Translations under genes and position numbers: made by a program
Notes under the pieces: model-generated
What the model saw: the letters and a program-made list of their open reading frames with translations, nothing else
Database searches by the model: none
Told to the model about the DNA's origin: nothing
Assembly: GCA_963707215.1 (NCBI GenBank)
Contig: CAVPPB010000001.1
Span: forward strand, 768,001-832,000
Length of the DNA stretch: 64,000 bases
From: an uncultured Chloroflexia bacterium
GTDB lineage: Bacteria; Chloroflexota; Limnocylindria; Limnocylindrales; CSP1-4
Direction of reading: 5' to 3'
In this document: piece by piece, positions 1-12,000 of the stretch
Layout of the letters: the number at the start of each line of letters is the position of its first letter
Numbering within the stretch: the first letter of the stretch is position 1

Positions 1-56
1 GCCGGCAGTGCCCGGCGGATGTCTTCGCCGCGCTGCCCGTCCACGCAACGCGGCGG

Positions 57-476
57 TCATCCGCCGCCCTCCCCGTCGCCTCGGCGCCGTCGTGCCCGCT
101 CCTCGACCTCGGCCCAGGCGGCGGCCGTCACCCGATCCTGGTAGCGGCGAAGGTCGTCGTCGAGGGGAAGCGAGGTGAACTGCGGCGAGGGCCGGCGGCC
201 GGGTGGGGTGTCGCAGGCGTGGCCCATGATCCCGAAGTACGGCACGTGGCGCCAGCGCCGGCTGTGCGGGTCGTAGTAGTCGCTGATGGGCCGGTGCAGG
301 TTCGTCCCGCACCAGTTGCAGCGGACGCCCTGGCAGGGGCACGCGGACACGGCGCCGGCGCGTGTGGTCCCGCGGACCTCGCCGCAGGTCTCGCACCAGC
401 GGAGCCCCGCGGGGAGGGGCCGACGCGGGCGCGGCCGACGTCCCTCCGCCCCGACGCGACGGTCCGGCCCGCTCAC
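57..476 (-). CDS. Small Cys-rich, putative Zn-binding hypothetical protein (~139 aa)
   Basis: GTG at 476 overlaps the upstream TGA (GTGA). Contains CETC, CPC and CNWC motifs. Corresponds to the C-terminal part of ORF 57..1370. Confidence 0.55.
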   Translation of the reverse strand: MSGPDRRVGAEGRRPRPRRPLPAGLRWCETCGEVRGTTRAGAVSACPCQGVRCNWCGTNLHRPISDYYDPHSRRWRHVPYFGIMGHACDTPPGRRPSPQFTSLPLDDDLRRYQDRVTAAAWAEVEERARRRRGDGEGGG

Positions 477-1000
477 CGGGCCACCGCCTTGCCGGCTTCG
501 CGGGCGTGGGTGCAGTTGCCGCGGTAGCTGAAGCCCGGGCAGGTGCACGAGGCGACCCCGGCGACGATCCGGACGACGTTGACCTCGCCCGGGCGCGACT
601 TGCTGGGGAACTCGATGACCCGCTCGACGTCGGTCACCGAGGCGAGCCCCCGGCCGCTCCGGGCGAGCAGGTCCAGGACGTCGCCGAGGAGGCCCATCGA
701 GCCGCCGTCGGTCGCCGCGGCGACGCGCTCGGCCTGGACGATGCCGAGCTTCGCCCAGTCGGGCCGCTCGCCGGTCACGGCCGCCTCCACGACCGCCTCG
801 ACGAGGCTGGCCCGGTCGGCCGCCTCGGCATCGAGGACGCCGATGAGCCGGGCCTTCTGCTCGAGCAGGGCGGCGACGAAGTCGTCGAGGGTGCCCTCGG
901 CCACGAGGTAGGTGACGAACGCCGGCCGGGTCTGGCCGATGCGGTAGATCCGGTCCTCGGCCTGCCAGTGGTTGGCCGGGACCCAGTCGAGGTCGTTGCA
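473..1000 (-). pseudogene. 3' fragment of an SNF2/SF2 helicase with a C-terminal SWIM zinc finger
   Basis: Frame reads NDLDWVPANHWQAEDRIYRIGQTRPAFVTYLVAEGTLDD (SNF2 motif VI region) and ends with CTCPGFSYRGNCTH (SWIM CxC..CxH). Similarity stops at about 1000, with no motifs I-V upstream. Confidence 0.75.
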
Positions 1001-1030
1001 CCTCGGGATGGCGCGCCGGTTGCCGTGCCG

Positions 1031-2679
1031 TCAACTGCCTCGACCAACGTCCCACCCTCGATCGAGGTCCTCGCCGAGGCCGGCCGCCGCGTCGCCGACG
1101 CCTACCGAGTTGGATCCAGCGTTCCTCACGTACCTGTGAGGGCCGATGAACCCGATGTGGACCTTGCCGGTCACGCCCCCGGTGTCGTCGTAGAAGTAGA
1201 TACGCGGCGTGAGGGTCCCACCGGCTTGGGCTACCTTGATGTGCGCGTCCATCAGCTGCGTCTTCTCCCCGCGCACGCGAGGGTCGATCGGGAAGCGGCG
1301 ATCGCCGACGAACGCCTGCATCGCGGTGTCGCTGTCCGACATGGCGAGCGTGCGAGCAGTCGCGGGCCATGCAAGCGGGTGGCCCGAGTGCTCACACCAC
1401 TCCCAGAACCCGCCAGGGCGGTCGCGGTCCACGGCGTAGAGGTGCAGCGCTCGCAGAGCGTGCCAGATCTTGCGTCCCCAGACGGCGGCCTGGGGAGCGG
1501 TGTCGAGCTCGCCGACCGTCGAGGTCGCGGTCTCCGGGACGACGACGAGAGAGAGGTGCTGGCGCGCGAGACGCACGGCATCGCTGGGATCCCCAGCCGT
1601 GTCCGGCAACCCGGCTCCTGCCTGTTCGGCTGTGAGGGCTCGCTCTCCCTGCAGCTGTTGCGCGATGTACGCGACGGTGCCGCGCAGGTGCTCGTTCTCC
1701 CTCGCCGCGTCCTCGAGGTCCATGATCGCAAGGATCTTCTCGTCCTCGGCCTGCTTGGCGACGGAGCGTAGCCGTTCCGTCTCCATGACAGCCTCGTCCC
1801 ACAGCGACTCGAGTTCCTCGACCGATCGGTGCGCTCCGCTGCCCGTGAGTAGCCGGCGGACCTGCTCGTACTCCGCGGGCGCTCGACGGGCAGCGATCGA
1901 GAGTGCGAGTCTCTCCGCGATGACGCGGCCAGCGGTCTCCCACGACCTCGACGCGACGGCCGGAGGAACCACGAAGTGTCGCCATGGGGCTTCGTCGCTC
2001 CCGGCACCGGGCAGGAACACGCGCACGGCGCCGGGATCCACTGTGAGGTCCGGTCCGAGCGCCTCTGCAAGAGCCGCGACGGCATCGGACTCGAGCAGCC
2101 CGACCGACGCGACCCCCGTCAGCCTCCGGATCGTCATTCGCGCTCGCCCCTCGGCCTCGCGCTGGTCACTGCCATCGGGCGTGACGACCACGACCGGCAT
2201 GTCGCGGCCAGGATCGAGGATGAAGTCAGCGGCGATCCGAGCGGTCTCGGCGTCCCAGACCCGGTACTCCGTTCCGATCGGAACGGACCCCGCTCTGCGG
2301 GTTGCGGGCGGCCCGGAGGAGCTCCCTCACGAGCCTCGGGGGGTGAGCCTGCGGTGCTGCGAAGGCGTCCACGCACACCATCTCGAGGTCGACCCAGAAC
2401 GCCGGTCGCGCCTCCGGCGACTCCAAGACCACCAGGGTGGTGGTCCACCGCTCGTCATCGGTGTCCTCGTGGAGCACGCAGCGTAGGGCCTCCACGCCGC
2501 CCGAGGAGGCGCGAGTGACGATCACGTCCACCTTGGCACCGTCAGGCTTGCTGGCCACGCCCTCGGTCGGCGGCATGAACTGGTGCTTGCTCGCCAGCCA
2601 GTCGGCGAACTCGGCGAAGCCGCGATCGATCGCGCCTCCGGCATCCTCGCGCCAGATCGCCCGGTACGACGAGCGCCAC
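1031..2679 (-). CDS. Uncharacterised ~530 aa defence-island protein with a coiled coil and a C-terminal putative nuclease/toxin-like domain (frameshifted)
   Basis: GGAGG then GTG at 2679. Joins ORFs 2226..2576 and 1031..2200. C-terminus is AHIKVAQAGGTLTPRIYFYDDTGGVTGKVHIGFIGPH. Confidence 0.7.
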
Positions 2680-2696
2680 TGCTTGCTCCTCCGTGG

Positions 2697-5176
2697 CTAT
2701 GCCGCAACGGCCCCGCACGTTCGGCAGGCGTACTTGAGCGTGCCCCGGACCATCCGAGGTGCCGCCAGGACATCTGCACCGAACATCCTGTCCACTCAGC
2801 CCTCTTGGGGCAAGTCGGCGCGGAGCTCCTCAACCTTGTGGTCGGTCACCAGCACGGGTCTGGCGACCACGTTGGCCGTCAGATCACGAAGCGCCCAAAG
2901 CGCGGGTCGCGCAGGCAGAGATCGCTTCCACGGCTTCGTTCTGAGCAGGACATGAACCAGTCGAGCGGTCACCGGGCCCCGCACGACTGGCAGATGAAGG
3001 CGAGCTTCACGCCCCGTCCCACTCGGGCGACGCGAGCACGTCCGCCCCGAACATCCGGTCGACCCAGCCCGGCTCGGATGAGCCCGACTCGAGCGACGCA
3101 GACTCGCCGGCACGAGGACCGGGACCCAACCCCGCATGTCGCACACGCATCGAGGCGCCACTGCGTAGAGCACTCTGGGCATTCGGCGGTGAAACGGCCG
3201 GCGCTGCCGTCGAAGTCCCGGTTGGCGTCGATGCGGTGGCGGACACCGTGACAGTAGTATATGCAGCAACCACGATCCAGCAGCATCGACGCCGAGCCGA
3301 CACCGTCGACGAAGGCCTGGAGACGCTCGGCCTCTGCCCGCGCCTCCATCACCGGCTCCGCGGCGGCGCAAGGACATCGGCCGGCGAAGGTTCCGCCCTC
3401 CGCGGGCCGAGCGTCCCGCGCGCTGGGCCTCGCGCAATGCCACCCCCGCGGATTCGTACTGGGCCTCGAGCTCAGCCAGGCCGAACTCGTCCCAGGCCTC
3501 GGCCGCCGCGGTGAGCATGCGGTCGATGTCCTCCCTCGGCGGGAGCGCGACCACTAGGGTCGTGCCGGCTTCCACGTGTATCCACCGGGCGCGGCGCATC
3601 GCCTCGGTGGGCGGCGTTGTGGTCGCCGGCGGATACGCCTCGAAGCGCCCGGCCATCACCGACCAGCGGAGCTGTCCGGCCGCTCGTTCCGACGCTCCCG
3701 ATGTCCCACGTCGAGACCGGGATCAACCCGGCGCGTCGGCTGGGATCGCCGGGGACCTCATGGGACAAGGCGAAGAGTCGGCGCCACAGATCGGCGTCGA
3801 ACCGACCGCTGCCTCGGCTGACGGCAGGGGTCGGGTACAGGACGACGGTCGATCGCCCGGAGTCGGCTGCCCTGACCAAGGCGTCGGCGTCGCCGGGAGC
3901 GAGTTCGGACAGCGCCGCGCACATCGGCACGATGCGTAGAGGACCGACGTCGGCGCCGTTCAACTCGATGACGCGCATCTCGTCGTCCCACGCCGCGAAC
4001 AGTGCATCCTGGCCCCGGGCACGGATCGCAAGGCGCCCGGAGTCGAGCCGGTCTTCGAGGTTGACGGGTTCGAACCCCAGTTGCTCCAAGCCGCGAAGGA
4101 CGAGCAGAAGCGCGAACCGGTGGAAGGCCAGCGACAGCTGCTGCATGTCTTCGTAGACTCCCGAGGCGTGACCCGCTCCCGGCCTAGATGCGCCCAGTCG
4201 CGCCAGAGGTCGGCGACCCGCCGATATCGGAGGTCGTCCGTAGAGGAGGTTCGTGGCGGTCAGTGATGCCCCCGACCTCGGCGCGTCTCGGGACTTCCCG
4301 GTAGAGGACCGAGTCCTTGAGGCCGCCGACACGCTGGCGGAGCAGGTCCAAGTCGCGGAGCGTTCGCTCTGCGGTCCGGCGTGCCTCGCTTGCGTCGATC
4401 GACTCGCCCCAAAGGCGATAGAGGCGTTGCTGTCGCCAGATCGAGCCGCCGGCCGTGCTGGCCCGGTAGTCGCTCGCCTCCTGGAAGACGCGGATGAGGC
4501 GAGTGACCTCCTGGATGCGATGCTCGAGGTACGTGGAGAGACGGTCGACGAGACGCGCCGCGACCCGGTTCTCATAGATGTCGAACCTGTCGTCCCGGAC
4601 GACGGCGAGGATCCGGCGCGGGACGACGGAGCGCAGCGTGCGCCGCTCCCAGTCCTCGGTGTGCGCCGCGAGGTAGTTGGCCGCGCCGGGCGCGACACGA
4701 CGGGCCCGGGAGACGGCCATCCGCTCGACCTCGACGTCGAGCTTGGTCCGGGGACGCCGGCACACCGCCTCCAGGTGCCTCAAGCGTTCCCCGAGCTGAC
4801 GCTCGTGTGGCTGGAGGTCCGCGCGTTCGGACATACCCGGCTGGAGCGGTGAGAGCTCGGTCGCGTCGAGCCACGAACCGCCCGCCTCTATGGCCTCGCC
4901 GAGTGCGCCACCCACGGCCGTGAAGCCGCGCACGTCGAGCGGATCCGGGATCTGAGCCTTGCCTATCGAACCCTCGGTGCGGGCGGCGCCATCGCCGGCG
5001 AGCGTCCAGCGGCCGCTGGCATCGGGGACCAGGAAGCTCGGGGACGTGACCGGGAACGTGTTCTGGAGAAGCAGGCCCTCTCCCGAGGGTCGCACGAGGA
5101 AGCGACCGAGGACGACGGGCTCGGTCGGTCGGTCGTCGCTCGTCCCTGTCAGCCGGTCGCGGACCTCGGCGGTCAC
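2697..5176 (-). CDS. DUF2357/McrC-like protein with multiple C-terminal Zn ribbons (several frameshifts)
   Basis: GTG at 5176 overlaps the McrB-like stop. Contains YLAAHTEDW..DRFDIYENRVAARLVDRL (DUF2357-type YENR). C-terminal CPEC, CATC, CQSC and CRTC motifs. TAG at 2697-2699. Confidence 0.7.
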
Positions 5177-7514
5177 GCCGTCTCGCCAGCCCCGAGTCGC
5201 CGCAGTTCCTCCCCGATGATCTGCGTCGAGCGATCCGGCTCGGTCCCTTTGCCGAGGGTCGACCACGAGTCGGTGATGCGGTCGCGGAGGGCTATCAGGT
5301 CCTCGGCCCGGTTGTCGTGTCGATCCCTGATCTTGCGCAGGAGCTTGGTCGCGAGCAACGTGGTCGACCGCCTCGCCAGCCGTGCCCCCGGAGGCCACGA
5401 CTACCGGGACGAATGCCAGCATCTGCCGCTCCAGGCGATTGCCCCAGCCGATCCCGAAGCGGCTGCCGAGGTCCTGGGCAAGCTGGTCCCGCAGGTACGC
5501 GAATGCCAGGCCGGCGACCTTGCGGTGCTTGCGCCGAGCGTCGGCAAAGGCCTGGTCGAGCGCCTGCATGGAGATCGGGTCGCGTGGTGTCGTCTCCTTG
5601 AGATCGAAGGGCTCCGGGCGGATCGGCAGCTCCATCACGTGGGCCCGGTCGAAGGTCTTGTCGGCGAAACCCATCGTCGTTTCATCGTGGTTCGCGGTGC
5701 CGAGGAACCAGACATTCGGGGGGATGGGGAGCTTCCGCCCTTCGCTGAAGAGCCGTGGCGCAGCATCGACGGCTGCCTCCATCAGGTCGAGCCTCTGGAG
5801 CTCCGGCCGCTGCTCGAGGGCCGACAGCAGGTCCGCGAAGTACTGCTCAGGGTGGGAGAGGTTCATCTCGTCAAGCACGACGAAGAACGGCCGATCTGCG
5901 TACTCGGGGCATCCCGCCTTGTAGAGAGCCTGGAGGAACTCGCTCTCGTAGTAGCGCCGCTCGAACTCGTTGAAGTGGCCGATCAGATCGTGCCGATCGC
6001 GCCAGCCGGCCTGGACCTCGATGAGCTCCATCCCGGCGCCGATAGCGCGCGCGACCGCGATCGGCAGGCTGGTCTTCCCCGTACCGCTGATGCCCTGCAG
6101 GATGTGGAGGCGGCTCATCGCCATGCCGCCGAGGAAGGCCCGCACATCTCGAGGGGAGTAGTAGAGGACGACGTCTGACCCGGGCGACGGCGACGCGATC
6201 GCGCAGATCGTCCGCGAACGCCGCTAGGTCGATCGGTTCGTCGCTCAGTCCGACCGACGACTGGAGTACCCCGCTTGCGTCCATCCCCGCGCACTGCGGG
6301 AAGGGGCTGGCGTCCTGGGCTCGGGCGATCCGCTCATCGACGTCCTGCCGCAACTCGTCGAGCGTGGCCCGCAGTGCGCTCACGTTGGTTTCGAGCGCAT
6401 CCTTGCGATCGCGCAGCGTCTCGAGTTCGAGGACCCCGATCGTGGAGCGGTCCGACAGCTCGCGTAGGGCGTTGTTCTCTTGGCGGAGTCGCCCTAGGTC
6501 CGCCTGGGCTGCCTCGAGCGCCCGTGCGAGTCCCTCGTAGCGGACCTGCTCGTCCGGGCTGAGCCTACGGGCGAGTTCGTCTCGCAGGCGGTCACGCTCG
6601 TCGGTCAGCGCGTCAATCTGGCGCTGCACTTCCTCGAGTGGCCGGTTCCCGAGTCGTCGGACCGCTTCGTCGCGATCACGCAGCTGGGCGAAGAGCCCGT
6701 CGCGCTGCTCGCGAGCGGCGGCAAGCTGTTCCTCCAGTGCGCGCTGCGTCGCTGCGGCCTGCTCGAGGGCAGCGGCCGCCATGCGCTCGACGCGAACGTC
6801 GAACTCGGCCCGATCCTCCGCGAGCAGCTGGCGGTCGATCTCCACCTGCCCGGCGAGCTTCCTTGCCTCGAGTCGCTTCGCTTCGAGTTCGGCGGTGATC
6901 CGCTCGTCTTCCTCGCGCCGCTGCTGTGCCCATGCCGCCCGCTCGGATGCGATGGTGGACCGTGCCTGGCTCAGCTCCTTCTGTGCCGCGTGGATCTCCG
7001 ACTCGAGCACGGCGAACGACTCGCGTCGCGCCGCCGCGGCCTCGGCGATGAAGCCGGCCTCAGCGTTCAGCTCGCGTGCCCGCAATTCCTCCTCGCGTCG
7101 GGAGATCTCGGTCGCCTTGTCGGCGAGGCTGGCGTCCTCGGCCTTGGCCCGTTCGAGCAGTTCCTTCGCGAGGGCATGTTGGGCCCGGGCTTCCTCTTCC
7201 CGCCCGCTGACCTCGCTCGCTCGCCGATCCAGATCCGCCTCGCGGCCGTCGAGCCGCTTCTCTCGGGAGTCGCTCAGGGTGACCGCCTCTTGCGCCTTCT
7301 TCGCAAGCTCGCCGAGACTGCCCTCGTCGCTCGGGCCTGCCGAGCGTGCGGCGGCTTCGATCTCGTCCGGGAGCGCTGCGCCGCGAGCGGTCTCGAGGGC
7401 CTGGGTGATCTGCGCGGCCGCGTTCTGCTGGACCTGGGGCCGCTGCACGGGCCGCTGCGGACCAGCGGGGCGGGGCTGCTGACCCGTCCGGGACCGACTC
7501 CTTCTCTTCGTCAC
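5173..7514 (-). CDS. McrB-like AAA+ NTPase with a long N-terminal coiled coil (frameshifted)
   Basis: About 430 aa E/R/A-rich coiled coil in ORF 5871..7514, then Walker A GISGTGKT, Walker B VLDEMNLS and GTANHDETT..DKTFDRA (McrB-family signature). GGAGG upstream of GTG 7514. Confidence 0.85.
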
Positions 7515-7542
7515 GATCTCCTCCCCTTGAGGTCAGTCTCCC

Positions 7543-9085
7543 CTAGTCGCAGAGGCCTGTCAGCAGCCCGACGGTGCTGTACACCTCGTCGGCGACGGCG
7601 AGCGCATGCTCCCTCGTCACGCCACCTGGTCCGTGGACCGCGCCCCCGCCGCTCTCGGCGAGTTGGTCGAGGCGTTCGAGGAAGTCGGGATGCGTCACGC
7701 CGATCCGCCTGAAAGGGTGGGCCTCGTCCGTACCGGCCGCTAGGACCGAAGCCACGATGCTCGGTCGGAGGCGCCACCCGTTGCCCTCGCACGCCGCCTT
7801 GACCTGAACCGCTCTTACGCGCACCAGGGGTCTCGGGATCGGCAGCCGGAAGGCCGAGAGCGCTCGCCGTCGCCTCGAGGATCTCGCGACACAGCTCCTG
7901 GTCCTTGATCGGCTCCCTGCCGTTGTAGAGGGCACGCCATGCCTTGGTCACCGGGTGCTCGGAAGCGACGGCCGCGAGCGCCTCCTCGAGGACCGTCCGT
8001 GCCGTCTTGACGAGATCCTGGAGGCGGAAGCTCGGGTATGAAGCGCCCAACTGGCCGGCCTCGACGCAACCGATCTCCATCTCCACCAGGCGCTCGAAGT
8101 ACGAAAGGCTCCGCGCAGCCAGCGAGAGGCGCCGCTCCACGTTGCCCTCGGCCTCGGTCCGTACCTCGGCGGTCCACCGGCGCTGGGCCTCGACCTGGGC
8201 GGCGAGAGAGTCACCGATCATGTGCCCGATGAAGTCGTCCAGGCCCGTCGAGCGTTCGGCCTCGCGCTCGATCGCACGGCGCAGGTCCATCGAGAGGCCG
8301 AGCCCGAACGGATCGCACGTGAGCCACTCGCCAGGGGCGTCGCTGCCCTCCTGAAGGTAGACGTACGTCGTGAGGAAGACCGGCGTCGGCTCGCTGTCGA
8401 CGACCGAGACCCGGTCGAACCGGCCCGCGTGGGTGCCGGTCGGCATCTCGTCATCGTCGCCCTCGTCATCCCCCGGCTCGAGGCCTCGCAGCGCCCATCG
8501 GTGGCGGCGAACGGCGCGAAGGATCTCGGCAGTCCCCGGGATAGCTGCGACCGACTCGCGAGGGAAGACCCAGAAGGCCGTCTCTCGGCGGGGACGACCC
8601 TTCGAGCCGAGCACGAGCTTCGGGTAGGCCGTGCCCACATGCTCGACGTCGGCGTAGCTGAGCGTCTCCATCACCCTGGGCCATAGGGACCCCGTCCAGG
8701 GGTCCTGGAAGACGTGGCTGGCGACCAGCGTCTGGGAGCCGAACGCCTCGTCCTCGAACATGGCACGCCCTTCCTCGGTGGGTAGTCCGTGCTGGTCGAG
8801 GAGCCTCCGTTCCTGGAGCTGCAGGACGATCTGTGCCACGAGGTCACGCTCGATCCGCATCAGCGACCCGATCCGGTCCAGGCCCGTGGTGCCCGACCGG
8901 CACAAGCCGATGACGGCCTTCTCGATCACGTTCAAGCGCCGCTCGCGTGCCTCCGGCGCCACGACGCGATACAGGAGCGCGGGCCACAGGAGGAAGCGAC
9001 GCGCGGAGTACCGCGTCCCCGCCGGGTGGCGGGGCCCGAAGTACAGGACCGAACAGTCAACCCCGAACGATCGCACCGAACTCAC
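7543..9085 (-). CDS. Putative effector: N-terminal winged-helix-like region and helical, possibly degenerate HEPN-like, C-terminus (frameshift near 7850)
   Basis: ORF 7511..9085 joined to 7543..7935. LNVIEKAVIGLCRSG..LVAQIVLQLQERRLLD..TEEG is a wHTH-like pattern, followed by VFQDPWTGSLWP. Overlaps the helicase stop. Confidence 0.65.
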
Positions 9086-12000
9086 CGCTGCACAGCTGAT
9101 GGAAGGCGACGAGCCCGCGGACGTGCTCCCGAGCCGCCTGCCCGGTCAGCATCCCGGCATCGCCGACGGCGACGAGGAGACACTGCTGCCGACTCATCGC
9201 GACGCACATCCGGTTCTCGAGCGCGATGTGTCCCCACTTGCGCCGGGCCGCCTTCTCGTCGACGGGATCGATGTCGTTCGAGCGGGTGACCGACAGCAGG
9301 ACGACGTCGAACTCCTTGCCCTGGAAGGCATCCACCGTCCCGACACGCAGTCGTTCCCGAAGCTGACCATCTGCACCGCGTGTCTCGAGCCACGGGCTCG
9401 CGACGCGGTAGTAGCCCTCGTCGGTCCGCTCCGAGAGCCCGAGCGGCTCCATGGCGCGCAGGATCTCGTCGACCTGAGCGGAGTAGAACGAGATCACTCC
9501 AAAGCTCAGATCTGGGCGGGCTCGGCTGAGGCGGTCGATCTCCTCGGCGATCCATCGTGCCTCAGGGGTCCGCCGTTTGCTCAGCCCGCCCGACTCGTGG
9601 CCCCGCTCGAGCGGGATGTCGACCCACGCGGCGACGAGCCCTTCGTAGCCGGGGAGGTCGTTGGCGAACCCTTCCGCCGGCCTTCCAGAGGCGAAGCTCT
9701 CGCCGTACGGCTCGTAGAAGGTCGCGCTGACGAAGTTGCCCAGCGCGGGGTGCATCCGGTACTGGACGTCGAGGGTGACGGTCGCTTTCACGCCGTCGGA
9801 CGCCTCGCGCGCGCGTAGCTGGACGAAGAGCCTCTCGAAGAGGCTCTGCTTGAGCGCGTCTCGCGTCGCTTCGACGATGGACCGGTCCGCCTGGCGCTCG
9901 ACATCCGGCTCGAGGATGTGGGGAAGCTGACGGTGATCCCCGACGAGGATGATCCGGCGTCGTCCACGCGCCATCGGGATGAGCAGATCGAGCGGGTTGG
10001 CGCGCGCGGCCTCGTCCACGATCACGTTGGCGAACGCTGTGCCCTCGGTCTTTTCCACTCTCATCTGCGAGCCGACGGCCTGCTGACACGTTGCCGCGAG
10101 CACCGCGGTGTAGGCGCGGACCGCCGACCTGACGCCCTCGACGTCGTTATCGAGATCGTCGAGGTACTCGTTGAGCGCGATCGCCTCACCCCCCGCGCTC
10201 TCGCGAGCGACGCGGGAGAGCTCGTCGGTGAGCTCGATCAGCAGATCCGCGACCTCTCCGTGAACGGCGGGTGCGCCCGGCGACATCTCCGGGGTGAGCC
10301 GATCGACCAGGGCGCCCTGGAGCGCCGCGATCTCGTGCAGGAAGGGGGGAGGATCGGCCGAGTCCCACTCGGCCGCGGCTCTGAGCAGTTGCGACGACTC
10401 GTCATCCGCGAGCCCGGCGAGCTCCAGGCGTCTGAGGGCGCGTGCGGCATTGTGTGGCCCATCGTCCCCGAAGCCGGCCGGCTCGGTACGGAGGGCCCGG
10501 ATGGCGCGCAAGAGGGCTTCGCGCTCGTCGTCGGCTGACCCGACGATCGGCCGCTGCGAGCGCGACAGCTCCATTCGGAGCTGCGCGACGCGGTCCAGCA
10601 GGCGAGGCGGGATGAACTCACGAGAGATGTCGGCGACCTCGTCCAGAACGCGCAGGCCCTCCCGGCGATCGATCGGAGCCGCGACATAGGCGGCCGTCAG
10701 GCGGCGGATCCGGCGGAGGGCGGCGTTCACGGGGTACTCGTCGATCGCAGCGAGGTCGCCCCGGAGCGCGTCGATCCGCTCGCGTCGCCATCGGTCCACG
10801 CCGTCGTCCGGTTCGCGGCCGAGCCGACCGCCGACCTTGACCGCCGGCAGCCCGAATACGATCGTCTTGGACGCCGCGTTCTCCACCGCATCGTGCTGGT
10901 AGCTCGTCAGGAGGGTCTGGCCCGCGAGGTCGAGCTGCTCGCCGAGTTCCGCAAGTCGGACCTCGAGGGCAGCGATCATCTTGGTCTTCCCTGTTCCGGG
11001 AGGACCCTGGATCAGGGCGATGTCGGGCGTGTTGAGCGCGACTCGCAGGGCCTCGATCTGGCGCGGGGTCGGATCTGAGCCGAAGACCGAGCGGACACCG
11101 CGCGACAGCGGGCTCTCCATCCTCCGGCGCCGGAGCGGCACGGGCCGGTCCTCCAGGATCAGGCCGAGCTGAGGCATCGCGGCCTCCGCAGAGACCACCC
11201 GGGCCAGAGCTTCTTCTCGGCGATTGAGGCGGGTGCGGTCCCCGCTCAGGCTGAGGAACAGCAGCCCACGCTCAGGCGGGTCGACTGCGTCGTCGCCGCC
11301 CTGCGGTTGCACGAACAGCAGTCGCCGTGGGACATCCCGGTGGGCGTAGGCGCCGACGAAGGTGCGCGGACGACGCTCCGCGCGCGTGATGGCGGCGTCC
11401 GGGCCGGCGGTCACCTCTTCATCGGTGGCGAGCTCGAGCGGGAGACTCGTCGCGGCCTCGAGGTCGGTGATCTCCTCCGCGCCTCGCAGGACGTCGAGGG
11501 CCCGTTCGAAGCGCGCTGCGTCCTCGATCCGAAAGCTCCAGCGGCCATCCGCGAGGCGCTGGCGGCTGTCGTATCGGAGGACGCCGAGCTCGCGCGCCCG
11601 TCTCGCAACGCTCGCCCGCTCGAGTTTGTTGTACTCGCTCCACAGACCAAGGTAGCTGCCAGCACGCGCCACCAGTTGGTCGAGCTGGGTCTCGGCGGAT
11701 CCGCGGAATGACCCTGCGATCGTGGCGTCACGAAAGATGACCGGCGCTCGGACCACCTCGATGGCGCTGGAGAGCTCTGCTTCGCGCCCACGCTTGGCGG
11801 CAACGACGCGGCTAACGAGGAGGCGGTCCTCTGCGTCGCGAGTGACGTCGATCGCGAACCCGCGGCCCATCAGCCGGAACTGCCGACGCTCCTGTGCCCC
11901 GCGATCCGGGCCGCCCGTCAGGAAGATGCAAGGCGGTCCGTTCGACGATGTCAGCGTCAGGTGGTCGTCCAGCCATCGGGCGACCTCGTCGACGGCCATG

